A stretch of DNA of 63,974 nucleotides, filler included, from Octopus bimaculoides (taxonomy: Eukaryota), in the NCBI RefSeq assembly GCF_001194135.2. It is 6 parts of 6 records of this genome, joined end to end, with 100 filler letters (N's around TTAATTAATTAA, not from the genome) between each part and the next. Parts side by side here need not be neighbours in the genome. Positions count along the whole stretch, not along the records: positions 18,095 to 41,358 come from NC_068993.1; positions 41,459 to 50,425 come from NC_068984.1; 4 more parts are not named here. One strand, written 5' to 3'. The position numbers were made by a program, and so were the translations under genes. This document shows positions 40,112 to 50,525 of the stretch, piece by piece (the first letter of the stretch is position 1; the number at the start of each line of letters is the position of its first letter). The notes under the pieces are model-generated. The model was not told the DNA's origin. It saw only the letters and a program-made list of their open reading frames with translations, and made no database searches.

Positions 40112-40268
40112 TCTTTTACTTGTTTCAGTCATTTGACTGTGGCTATGCTGGAGCACCACCTTCAAGGGTTTTAGTCGAGCAAATCACCCTAAGACGATTT
40201 CTTTGTAAGCCTAGTACTTGTTCTATCGAACTCGTTTGCCAAGCTGCTAAGTTAAGGGGATGTAAACG
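40111..40268 (-). mobile_element. SINE family A, 3' fragment
   Basis: CTTTTACTTGTTTCAGTCATTTGACTG...GCTGGAGCACC...GTAAGCCTAGTACT. Confidence 0.85.
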
Positions 40269-40727
40269 CGCAGGAGTGGGTGTGTGTCTATGTGTATGTG
40301 TGTGTGTGTGTNNNNNNNNNNNNNNNNNNNNNNNNNNNNNNNNNNNNNNNNNNNNNNNNNNNNNNNNNNNNNNNNNNNNNNNNNNNNNNNNNNNNNNNNN
40401 NNNNNNNNNNNNNNNNNNNNNNNNNNNNNNNNNNNNNNNNNNNNNNNNNNNNNNNNNNNNNNNNNNNNNNNNNNNNNNNNNNNNNNNNNNNNNNNNNNNN
40501 NNNNNNNNNNNNNNNNNNNNNNNNNNNNNNNNNNNNNNNNNNNNNNNNNNNNNNNNNNNNNNNNNNNNNNNNNNNNNNNNNNNNNNNNNNNNNNNNNNNN
40601 NNNNNNNNNNNNNNNNNNNNNNNNNNNNNNATATATCTACATATGTAAATTTATATTTATACATACACACTTATACATACATACATACATACACACTTAT
40701 ACATACATACATACATACATACATACA

Positions 40728-40758
<31 letters not shown>

Positions 40759-40810
40759 GGGCAGTATCGAAAGTACGCTGTAGACAGTCAGAACTGAAGG
40801 AAGAGTGCTG

Positions 40811-41030
40811 TACGACGGGGTGAGCTGAAAAGTTCTTCGTTTCGGGTAAAAGAAAAGATAGGAGGATCAGTTAATTATGATTTAATTCAATATATTCCCC
40901 TCACAGATACGCGCACTTATTACAGCGACACTTCAGTTTTCCTAAGCTCCATTTTACTAAGTTTTTGCCTCCATCCAGGCCATTCGAGACACTCTTAAAG
41001 CCGTGAACTTTTCAGCACCCTTGCGAATGT
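40811..41030. mobile_element. Mariner-derived MITE (about 220 bp)
   Basis: TIR core GCTGAAAAGTTC (40824-40835) and GAACTTTTCAGC (41005-41016), with TA at the ends. The internal minus strand encodes KLKCRCNKCAYL*GEYIE, like a mariner transposase C-terminus. Confidence 0.75.
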
Positions 41031-41358
41031 ATATATGTATGCATGTATGTATGTATGTATGTATGTATGTATGTATGTATTTACACATGTGCGTATATAT
41101 TATCTTACAGATATGAGAAAGAGAATTTATATACAAAATAGAATTTGTTCCACGATCCCACTTATTAAAAATCTATGTTTTTGGAGCAGCAGTTACATCA
41201 TATGGTCAACTAAAAACCCTCAACAATGAATTTCTGGAATTTATTCTATCATTCGCTTATGTCGAAGCGCTAAGTTTCGGGATGTAAATAGACCAACACC
41301 TGCTGTCAAATAGTGTTGGAGTATAAATATAAACATATATATATATATATATATATAT

Positions 41359-41458
41359 NNNNNNNNNNNNNNNNNNNNNNNNNNNNNNNNNNNNNNNNNN
41401 NNTTAATTAATTAANNNNNNNNNNNNNNNNNNNNNNNNNNNNNNNNNNNNNNNNNNNN
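41359..41458. other. Artificial 100-bp scaffold linker
   Basis: N44-TTAATTAATTAA-N44. Confidence 0.95.
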
Positions 41459-43214
41459 TCTCTCTCTCTCTCTCACTCACTCTCTCTTATCCAACTCTAG
41501 CATACTCCCAAGATATCGCCATCTTTCTTTCAGTTCTTTATTTCTACAATTCTTACACGGACAGTACTGGCTATCATCACAGTCGTCATCCACATCTTTG
41601 AGGCCACACACAACTTATATTATACTTCCATAAAGAGAGAGCTCAGAAGCATTCTCCAGTAAGGACATGATAATCTAGTTTCCTTCAACAATATCAAAAC
41701 ACAGTCATTTTAACTTTTTAATACCAAACCATCTGAGATCACCCTTGATTCTACAATACAAACTTCCGATTCAAAATGATAGAAACTGAAATTTCCCTTT
41801 AAAATTTTATCCTAATTCATGTTACAAATACCAGCTTAATAATGACAGTTATTTTACTAATTCTTCGTTATTTTCAAAATTATTTGAAATAAAGACAGTG
41901 TAGTTCATTAAATAAATGTTAATGAAAGAGGCAAACAAACACTCGTGGAGTTCTACACTTCATAGCCAAGAACAACACAAGCTAAAACCCTTTCGTTCTG
42001 CTGAGAAAACTACTACGTCTCGCAAACTCGGATAACAGCGGCCATCATTACCAAAGATTAGGCTTCTTTTTCCAGGTCATAAAATACTTCAGCCCTATAA
42101 CAGTTGCTGGTCTTTTACAAAATATATACATGGTCCTTACCAGGACTGCTTATCTAAAGCGGCACTACCTCTACACATCTAAATATTATTGACCACATCT
42201 ACTATAGGATTTACATAAAATTTACTCACCAGTACATTACAGCAATTACAATGCAGTGTTGTTTCTTCTTCCTCTGTAAGAGTCACATTTTCTCATTCTC
42301 TTTGCTAGTGGGCTGCATACCATCTCCGTTCAAATGTATTTGAAACATTCTAATCTCTTCCACTTATCCCGACTATTTCTTGACCCCACCTCCGAAAAAA
42401 GCCTTTTACTTATCCTCCTTGCATATAAATACAGCCATCTTGAATTCAGCTCAAGATCTTCACCATCACCACATGTATTAAACCTACAACAGCTCAAATT
42501 AATATTAACTGCATCGACTTAACCACCTCGGGAGAACTCGTAAAAATCATGACTACTACACTACTCGTTCGTCTAAAATAGGTTTACCACACATCTTGGC
42601 TGACTGTGACTGTCCTGGTGAGACAGTTCTATCCTGGTGCTCTGTCTGGTTAGCAAATTTGTCCTGTTTGGCGCTGATATGTCTCAGGAATTTTCAGTTG
42701 TAGGTCAAATAATTCAATTCTAAGAAGGTAAAACTAAAAATGCTGAAATCGGCAATTCATCCATATACAGCTCATTTAGAAACTCACATACTCCATGTCA
42801 AAGTTGAGTCTAAACCTTGGTCTTTATCAGCGGTCCATCAGGTGTGCGTTGTACCTACAACGAGATAGAACTCTCAAGCCATACGTATTGTAGGCATTAT
42901 ATTTTAGAGACATCTTGCGAATATATGTGTGTGCATGGTCTTACGTCATGGATGTATTTCCTATTATATATTACACAGACCCGAAAGGTACATATTAAAT
43001 GATTTCAAGATATCATTTTTTGTGGTTTGACTTCCTTATTATAACTTAGACGACTCGGTGCCGATACAAACAAGCCGGTCCAGACTCCACTGATGCAGAT
43101 ACTCTAACAACGATTTGGAATGGTTTGTTATATTTGACTCGAGTCGAAAATCCCGGTAAACGTGCACAGCTTCCTTGCGTTACATGAAAAATACACACGC
43201 ATACACATATATAC

Positions 43215-43305
43215 AGTGGGCTTCTACACTCTTTTCATCAATCAAATTCACTCACAATCGGTTTTGGTTTACCCGGGTCCATTGTAGAAAACATTTGCCC
43301 AAGTT
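43215..43305 (-). mobile_element. SINE family A core remnant
   Basis: GGGCTTCT...CAAATTCACTCACAA...GTAGAAAACATTTGCCCAAG matches the core of the 44641 copy. Confidence 0.55.
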
Positions 43306-43764
43306 ACTGAAACTACAGCCCATGAAATTGATTCAAATTTAAAGTGAATTTGGCAGCTTTGTGTGTTGTTAATTTGGCTCTTCTGCAATCTAATTGCTTC
43401 AGTTTTAACAGTCTCTGGCCAGGCTGGTAGAACTCTGCAATTTAGACTGTTTGGGAAATAGTGATACATGAGAAAACTTAGGATAGTCTTGTTGTGTCTT
43501 GGGCGGGTCATTACTACACCAATAATAATAAATAAACGCACTGGTACATTATTACTTCTTTATTGTGAGTCAATCGGTTAAATATCTAACCAATCGGTTA
43601 AATACTAGCCAATCAACCGGTTGTTTGTTAAATTGCTTTCGTCACTATTCGCGGCCTCATAAATGACATGCCCTCCCACTCTTCAAGGTCTGCCAAGTGA
43701 AGTAAGGATGGTTTAGATCAGTGGTTTTCAGCCAGGAACCATATGGCCCCTTTGAAGAATAAGG

Positions 43765-44212
43765 GAAGCTGGATAAGGTTGATAAGTTCATTTCGTAGCT
43801 ACCTTGTCTTGGGTTCAATCCCATTGCACGGCACCTTGGGCCAGATTTTTTCTATTTTAGCCACGTGCCGACCATTGTCTTATGAGTGAATCTGGTCACC
43901 GGAAAATGTGTGGGAGCCTGTCGTGTGAGTGTGTGTGTGTGTGTATGTGTGTGTGCGCGCGCATTCCTTTTTGTGTGTGTTTGTATGTGTGCATGTGAGA
44001 GAGGGAGAGATGTCTCTACCACCACTTGTCAACCGGTGTTGGTTTGTCTATGTCCTCGTAACTTGGCAGTTTGGCAAAACAGGCCGATAAAATAAGTACC
44101 AGACAAAAAAGAAGATCGGTACTGAGGGTCGATTTGTTCGACTAAACCTATCAATGCAGTCTCCTGACATAGCTGCAGTCCAATGACTGAAACAAGTCAA
44201 GTATAAAAGATA
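43765..44212 (+). mobile_element. SINE family A, old diverged copy
   Basis: GGGTTCAATCCC (B box), GGCACCTTGGGC core, internal (TG)n, and tail GTCGATTTGTTCGACTAAA...CAATGACTGAAACAAGT. Confidence 0.75.
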
Positions 44213-44415
44213 TCAGGATTTTCGTCACACCTCTGCGTCCTGCTCATGAACACAGATCCACTACAACTTTGTCGACTCTGTAGTGGAACTACGTCAGTGA
44301 CCAGGTTGCAGTTGTGCAACGAAATTTTTCACATTTCATTAATTAAATTTCAATTTAAAGTAAATGTAACAATTTTAAGTGTTATTAATTATTTCTTCCT
44401 CGATGTAGTTGCCAG

Positions 44416-44578
44416 CACTAGTGTAGCTAGAGTGTATGCCGCCCGAGGCGGCCCTTCCATTTGCCGCCCCCGGACCCCACAAAAAAAAACACATATTGCC
44501 TGAAGCTGACCCAAAAGTGCCGTCCCTTTAAAAGTGCCACCTGGGGGTGGCTCTCCCCTCCCCCCAGCTACGCTAGTG
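44416..44578. mobile_element. hAT-like MITE (163 bp)
   Basis: TIRs CACTAGTGTAGCT and AGCTACGCTAGTG (12/13). Flanks GTTGCCAG and GTCGCCAA match at 6/8, like an 8-bp TSD. GC-rich interior. Confidence 0.6.
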
Positions 44579-44640
44579 GTCGCCAATCTAAATTTCTATA
44601 GGCACTAAATTTCTTAAGAATATATTACAAAAAATATATT

Positions 44641-45182
44641 CTTTTACTCTTTTACTTGTTTCAGTCATTTGACTGCGGCCATGCTGGAGCACCGCCTTTA
44701 GTCGAGCAAATCGATCCCAGGACTTATTCTTTGTAAGCCTAGTACTTATTCTAACGGTCTCTTTTGCCGAACCGCTACGTTACGGGGGCGTAAACACACC
44801 AGCATCGGTTGTCAAGCGATGTTGGGGGAAGGGGACAAACACAGACACACAAACACACACANNNNNNNNNNAGGACTTATTCTTTGTAAGCCTAGTACTT
44901 ATTCTAACGGTCTCTTTTGCCGAACCGCTACGTTACGGGGGCGTAAACACACCAGCATCGGTTGTCAGGCGATGTTGGGGGGGGGGGACAAACACAGACA
45001 CACATATATATACATATATACATATATACGACGGGCTTCTTTCAGTTTCCGTCTACCAAATCCACTCACAAGGCTTTGGTCGGCCCGAGGCTATAGTAGA
45101 AGACACTTGCCCAAGGTGCCACGCAGTGGAACTGAACCCGGAACCATGTGGTTGGTAAGCAAACTATTTACCACACAGCCAC
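44641..45182 (-). mobile_element. SINE family A, young full-length copy with an internal duplication across a 10-N gap
   Basis: A-box-like GTGGCTGTGTGG, B-box-like GGTTCAGTTCC, CORE-like segment and (GTAAAAGA)n tail. Confidence 0.92.
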
Positions 45183-45406
45183 AAAAATAAATTCATAAAA
45201 ACCTCGTCCGGACTCAGACACATCTGGGCTTATAGACTGCACTTCATTCTGTATGTTGTAAACGTATCCAGCATCATTTACAGCGAATCTCAACTTTTCC
45301 TTTCACTTATACTCTCGGCTTGATGTATTCCACAGTTATATATAAAAACATCACACGGCAAAATGATGCGTATTTTTTTTTCTTTTGTCTTTTATTAATT
45401 TTGCAG

Positions 45407-45507
45407 GTGATATATCAAAGCGAAACTTTGAATATACTAAACGTGGTTATGATATTTTTAACCCCCTGCTATGTATCCCCCACCGCTACCACCGGCGTGG
45501 TGGATGA
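45407..45507 (+). CDS. Candidate terminal coding exon (phase 1): (S)DISKRNFEYTKRGYDIFNPLLCIPHRYHRRGG*
   Basis: Very strong acceptor tttttttttcttttgtcttttattaattttgcag|G, non-repetitive codon-like sequence, and AATAAA downstream near 45571. The frame-0 reading (VIYQSE...FIPG*) cannot be excluded. Confidence 0.42.
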
Positions 45508-46029
45508 ATTTATTCCTGGTTGAGAATTGCCAACGAAAGACGTTTTAATAGAAGCCGAAGTGCGAAAAAAATAAATTAAAATAACAATACATGTGAAAGA
45601 GTAGGAGTGATAGGGAGAGAGGGAAGAGGAGAGAGAGAAGAGGAAACACGGATCTTTATATTTAATAGCCAGAAAGTGAAGTCAATTTCATATGACTACG
45701 CAGGTAAGAGTTCAGATATATTTTCTCTTCCTGATACGTGAACTTTTCCACTTTGATTTTAAAAGTTTCTCGATAATATGTAAGAAGTATGTTTATATAT
45801 GTAACTTAATCTTTAGCAACAGATACACTACACTGTTGCTTGTATAGATTTAACGTTAAAATAGTGTGTGCGATGTTTATAGTTATCATGCGCTAGAAAA
45901 CAAGAATTCGACTTGATTTCCATCACAAAGTCCGCTCAGTCAGTCATTGATTTACTCGTTCACTCACACACTCATCAGCTCATTTATTCTCATATAATAT
46001 ATATATATATATATATATAACAAGAGCCA

Positions 46030-46082
<53 letters not shown>

Positions 46083-46839
46083 TTACTGCATACGAGCATT
46101 GTAGATGTGTGTGCGTGTAGCTGTATTCGTGCATTATATACACACACGCGCACATTTATAATGCTTGTATGCAGTAACGCATATATAATATTGAATATTA
46201 TATATGTGTATTATATTATATTGTATTATATTTTATTATGTTATTATATTATATGCGTAACTTCATACAAGCATAATAGTAATGCGTCAGATGTGTATAT
46301 GAAAACAACATTACTAACTACCATAACAGGTAATGTAAGCATTTAACTGGAGATCTGTGGGACTTTCGTTAGATCCGTATCATAACTTTACATTGACCGC
46401 AACAGTGTTTGTCAGTCGCTAAACCTTCAGGGCTGTACTCGAATCGTTGGACTTCTATTTACTCTTTCTGTCGTATGTATGTATATTTACAAATATCTAT
46501 TCATTTGTCCGCATGTACGTGTATTGGCATAGACTTTTAGGTTCCTTAAGGCGTCATTGGAGCCAACCACACCACATTGGAATGTGTGTTTACGTATTGT
46601 AGATAGATAGATGTGTTTATACGGACTGTATTTATGCGGTTTGATTCATTCTCATTTTGTTTTGTTTTGTTTTTTTCATGTTAATTCTTTAGGAACACGT
46701 TCTCACGCATTCTCACACATAAACAACAAACATATTCCTATATGTTTTATATAAGTATCTATTTCGTACCTTTTGCATCCACCGATCTAAGAGATATTAG
46801 GTTATTTATTTCATGGTCAGGCTGTTATTGGGACGATGG

Positions 46840-47050
46840 AGGTCGAGTTATTGTTGGTATTTAACCCCAGGTCAATCGTGATTGAAGAGACCTATAATTA
46901 TAGATCTCTAAATTGCGATCATCCCATCTTTTTCAGACACATTATCTAATATTTTCTTTCCTTTTCTGAGATATTAGGGTGTAACATGATGAGGATTGCT
47001 ATTTGGTTGCTATTTTTAACTATCGAATGACATGTGTGTTGGTCACCCGC
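46840..47050. repeat. Dispersed repeat family C, diverged copy
   Basis: TTTAACCCCAGGTCAATCGTGATTG...TTTGGTTGCTATTT is homologous to 47485-47672. A GCTGCTATTTCTAGC fragment also occurs at 85-99. Confidence 0.55.
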
Positions 47051-47484
47051 GTTGGCTTCACAAATTAACAAGAACCAATAAATATATTTGCATCTGTTTC
47101 GCGATATCCGCATTCCAGGTGTACACGAAGCGTAAGTCTACTATTCTCTACCAACCCCATCATTAGTACTGCTCCCTCCGCATCACCTCCGCCATCACCA
47201 CCACCTCTACCACTACTACTGTATGTATGCCTGCCTAGATACGTACACGCTCTCTTTCTCTCCACATATAAGTGCGTGTGTGCGCGTGTGCGTGTGTGCG
47301 CGTGCGCCTGTGTATTAATATACATATATATGAGTCGAGTATATTAATGAATTTTTGAGTGGGTGTATTTATACATATTTACACCTTTTCTTTAGCTATG
47401 TCTTATGATCATCAACATCATCATCATCATCTTTCGCAACGCTACTACATGTTATGTTCCTGCACTCAAAACAAATGTACGATC

Positions 47485-47672
47485 AACTGTTGTTTAGTCC
47501 CAGGTTGATCTCGATCCAGCAACTTTTATCATCAAAGACGTCCCAGACGTGGTCCTCACTCTGTCTTCTTTTTCATTTATGTTGTCTACCTAGACGGTAG
47601 GCTGTTATTTGAGCGAAATTTTGCTGCTATTTCTAGCACGTCGAGCGACCACATAAAGCTCTCCCCGTTGGC
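47485..47672. repeat. Dispersed repeat family C
   Basis: GTTGTTTAGTCCCAGGTTGATCTCGATC...TTTGCTGCTATTTCTAGCACGTCGAGCGACCAC. Confidence 0.6.
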
Positions 47673-47700
47673 CCGTATCAGCAATCCTTAGGAAAATTAC

Positions 47701-47915
47701 CCTTTCTATTACTGACACAGGGCCAGAAAATTTGATGGGAGGGGGACAGTCAATTACCTCGACTCCCATGCTCAACTGGTACTTATTTCATCAACCCCCG
47801 AGAGGATGAAAGGCAAAGTCAACCTCGGCGGAATTTGAACTCAGAACATAAAGATGGACGAAACAGTGCTAAGCATTTTGTCTGGCACGCTAACGTTTCT
47901 GGCAGCTTGCCGCCT
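47701..47915 (-). mobile_element. SINE family B
   Basis: Reverse complement of the 35958 copy (GGATGAAAGGCAAAGTCAACCTCGGCGGAATTTGAACTCAGAAC). Confidence 0.85.
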
Positions 47916-47965
47916 GAATCCTCAGAAAAATTACCAGTGCAAGTATGTAATTATATGGTTTTATA

Positions 47966-48250
47966 GGCGTAGGAGTGGCTGTGTGGTAAGTAGCTTGCTT
48001 ACGAACCACACGGTTCCGGGTTCAGTCCCACTGCGTGGCACCTTGTGCAAGTGTCTTCAGGCTGACCAAAGCCTTGTAAGTGGATTTGGTAGACGGAAAC
48101 TCAACGAAGCCCACCATGTGTGTGTGTTTGTCCATCACCACTGCTTGACAACTGGTGTTTGTGTGTTTGTATCCTCCCCCCTGACTTAACTGGTCAGTAA
48201 AAGTGACCTATTGAATAAGTACCAGGGTTTGAAAAAATAAATACTGGGGG
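47966..48250 (+). mobile_element. SINE family A, 5' part (runs into a gap)
   Basis: GGCGTAGGAGTGGCTGTGTGGTAAGTAGCTTGC...GGTTCAGTCCCACTGCGTGGCACC. Confidence 0.9.
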
Positions 48251-48846
48251 NNNNNNNNNNNNNNNNNNNNNNNNNNNNNNNNNNNNNNNNNNNNNNNNNN
48301 NNNNNNNNNNNNNNNNNNNNNNNNNNNNNNNNNNNNNNNNNNNNNNNNNNNNNNNNNNNNNNNNNNNNNNNNNNNNNNNNNNNNNNNNNNNNNNNNNNNN
48401 NNNNNNNNNNNNNNNNNNNNNNNNNNNNNNNNNNNNNNNNNNNNNNNNNNNNNNNNNNNNNNNNNNNNNNNNNNNNNNNNNNNNNNNNNNNNNNNNNNNN
48501 NNNNNNNNNNNNNNNNNNNNNNNNNNNNNNNNNNNNNNNNNNNNNNNNNNNNNNNNNNNNNNNNNNNNNNNNNNNNNNNNNNNNNNNNNNNNNNNNNNNN
48601 NNNNNNNNNNNNNNNNNNNNNNNNNNNNNNNNNNNNNNNNNNNNNNNNNNNNNNNNNNNNNNNNNNNNNNNNNNNNNNNNNNNNNNNNNNNNNNNNNNNN
48701 NNNNNNNNNNNNNNNNNNNNNNNNNNNNNNNNNNNNNNNNNNNNNNNNNNNNNNNNNNNNNNNNNNNNNNNNNNNNNNNNNNNNNNNNNNNNNNNNNNNN
48801 NNNNNNNNNNNNNNATATATATATATATATATATAGTATGGTTTCA

Positions 48847-49160
48847 GGTTCAGTCCCACTGCGTGGCACCTTGTGCAAGTGTCTTCAGGCTGACCAAAGC
48901 CTTGTAAGTGGATTTGGTAGACGGAAACTCAACGAAGCCCACCATGTGTGTGTGTTTGTCCATCACCACTGCTTGACAACTGGTGTTTGTGTGTTTGTAT
49001 CCTCCCCCCTGACTTAACTGGTCAGTAAAAGTGACCTATTGAATAAGTACCAGGGTTTGAAAAAATAAATACTGGGGGTCAATCCACTCAACTAAGAGTC
49101 TTCAAGTAGTACTTCTGCACGGCCACAGTCTAATGACCAAAACATGTCAAAAAAAATAAA
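48847..49160 (+). mobile_element. SINE family A, near-identical repeat of the preceding copy plus 3' tail
   Basis: From GGTTCAGTCCC onward it reads identical to about 48019-48250, including the same internal deletion. Confidence 0.85.
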
Positions 49161-49613
49161 TGAAAGAGAGAGATTTTCATAAATTCACTTACGTAAGTAC
49201 ATAATGTAGTAGAGAGATATGCTTGTTATATCAAAAGTTGACTGTCTTACTATAGGTTTATTAGAAAAGAATGGAAAATTATTAAAATCTAAGCTCTCAG
49301 TATTATCATCATCATCATCATCTAATGTCTATATATAATAATAAATGAAAAGTATTGGTTTATGGCATTACATTTCATGGTTTACAATCTTGCAGTTTGT
49401 TGAAACGATTGTAAACCATCAAATAAATTTTAATGTTATATGCTCCATTTTTCACTTATTATCAATACTCTTGAGATGCAAGTAAACTTGCATATTTCCT
49501 GGTTGTTTAAAACAATAGTTTCCACAAGAGAAATTCTCCTCTTTACAATTTCAGCCAGGCCATTGCATAAGTGCTTCCTGAGATTAATGCCTTGATCAGC
49601 TAATCCTTTTTCA

Positions 49614-49670
<57 letters not shown>

Positions 49671-49671
<1 letters not shown>

Positions 49672-49878
49672 GTCATCACTAAAGTGACAGACAGTGCTAG
49701 TAAGCACCATCATTGCTAGAAATAACAGTTAAAACAACTCTTAGCTACATGAGAGCACTTGACTCCATCCTGCTTGTCAGTCTTAGAAAAGTGCTCCCAC
49801 GTGGCTAAGAGTTGTTTTAACTGTTATTTCTAGCAATACTGGTGCTTACTAGTACACTCCATCACGTTAGTGATGACT
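49671..49878. repeat. Fold-back element, 90-bp arms with a 28-nt loop
   Basis: AGTCATCACTAA...TTGCTAGAAATAACAGTTAAAACAACTCTT...AGCACTT pairs with AAGTGCT...AAGAGTTGTTTTAACTGTTATTTCTAGCAA...TTAGTGATGACT. Confidence 0.92.
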
Positions 49879-50141
49879 ACACTAGTTGCCTATCGGTTCA
49901 AAATTGTGAATACCCACCTTAATAATTTCAGTATATATACATACATATATGTATACACATATATATACGTGTGTGTGTGTGTGTGTATTTTTTTTAATGT
50001 GTACAAATAACACGGAAAAATAATTAAATAGTTAACAGGGTAGCAAAAATTCACATTTTTGCCAAGGACATTACAGCCTACTTATAAAGGTAGAAATTCC
50101 AGGGTTAAGTGAAATGTTTTTGTATAACATGGATAAATGAA

Positions 50142-50425
50142 GAAATGGAGTCAAATGCAGGTGTTATTCAAATCTTTATAGTTCCGACACATGTTTCGAA
50201 GAGCACATTAATATTATTCCGGAGGGATAAAATTATGTAAAACAACGCATTCATCTCGTCAGTTAAACCAGCTTATTGATGTGTTTGTTCCTCATTTTTT
50301 CTCTGACGAGATGCTTGCATTGTTTTACATCATTTTATTCCCTCCGGAATAATATCAATGTTTTCTTCGAAACATATGTCAGAAGTACAAAGATTTGAAT
50401 AACACCTGCATTTTGACTCCACTTC
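50142..50425. repeat. Fold-back element (arms 50142-50262 and 50303-50425) made of two hammerhead-bearing units
   Basis: GGAGTCAAATGCAGGTGTTATTCAAATCTTT vs AAAGATTTGAATAACACCTGCATTTTGACTCC. The arms start exactly at CTGACGAG on each strand. Confidence 0.92.
50298..50385 (+). ncRNA. Type I hammerhead ribozyme with a canonical core
   Basis: Helix I tttct/agaag; CTGACGA (50303-50309); extended helix II closed by G50310-C50368; GAAA (50369-50372); palindromic helix III CATATG; GUC cleavage triplet ending at 50380. Confidence 0.68.
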
Positions 50426-50525
50426 NNNNNNNNNNNNNNNNNNNNNNNNNNNNNNNNNNNNNNNNNNNNTTAATTAATTAANNNNNNNNNNNNNNNNNNN
50501 NNNNNNNNNNNNNNNNNNNNNNNNN
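50426..50525. other. Artificial 100-bp scaffold linker
   Basis: N44-TTAATTAATTAA-N44. Confidence 0.95.

Noticed and set aside
41480-42560. Possible RTE-like LINE remnants on the minus strand (LYGS and GE..C-like words)
   Set aside because: Only scattered 3-4 residue matches with many stops. It needs tBLASTn or a profile HMM to call.
44641-45182. tRNA gene at the SINE heads (also 47966 and 63928)
   Set aside because: A/B-box-like motifs are present, but there is no cloverleaf and they continue into SINE body. These are tRNA-derived SINE heads.
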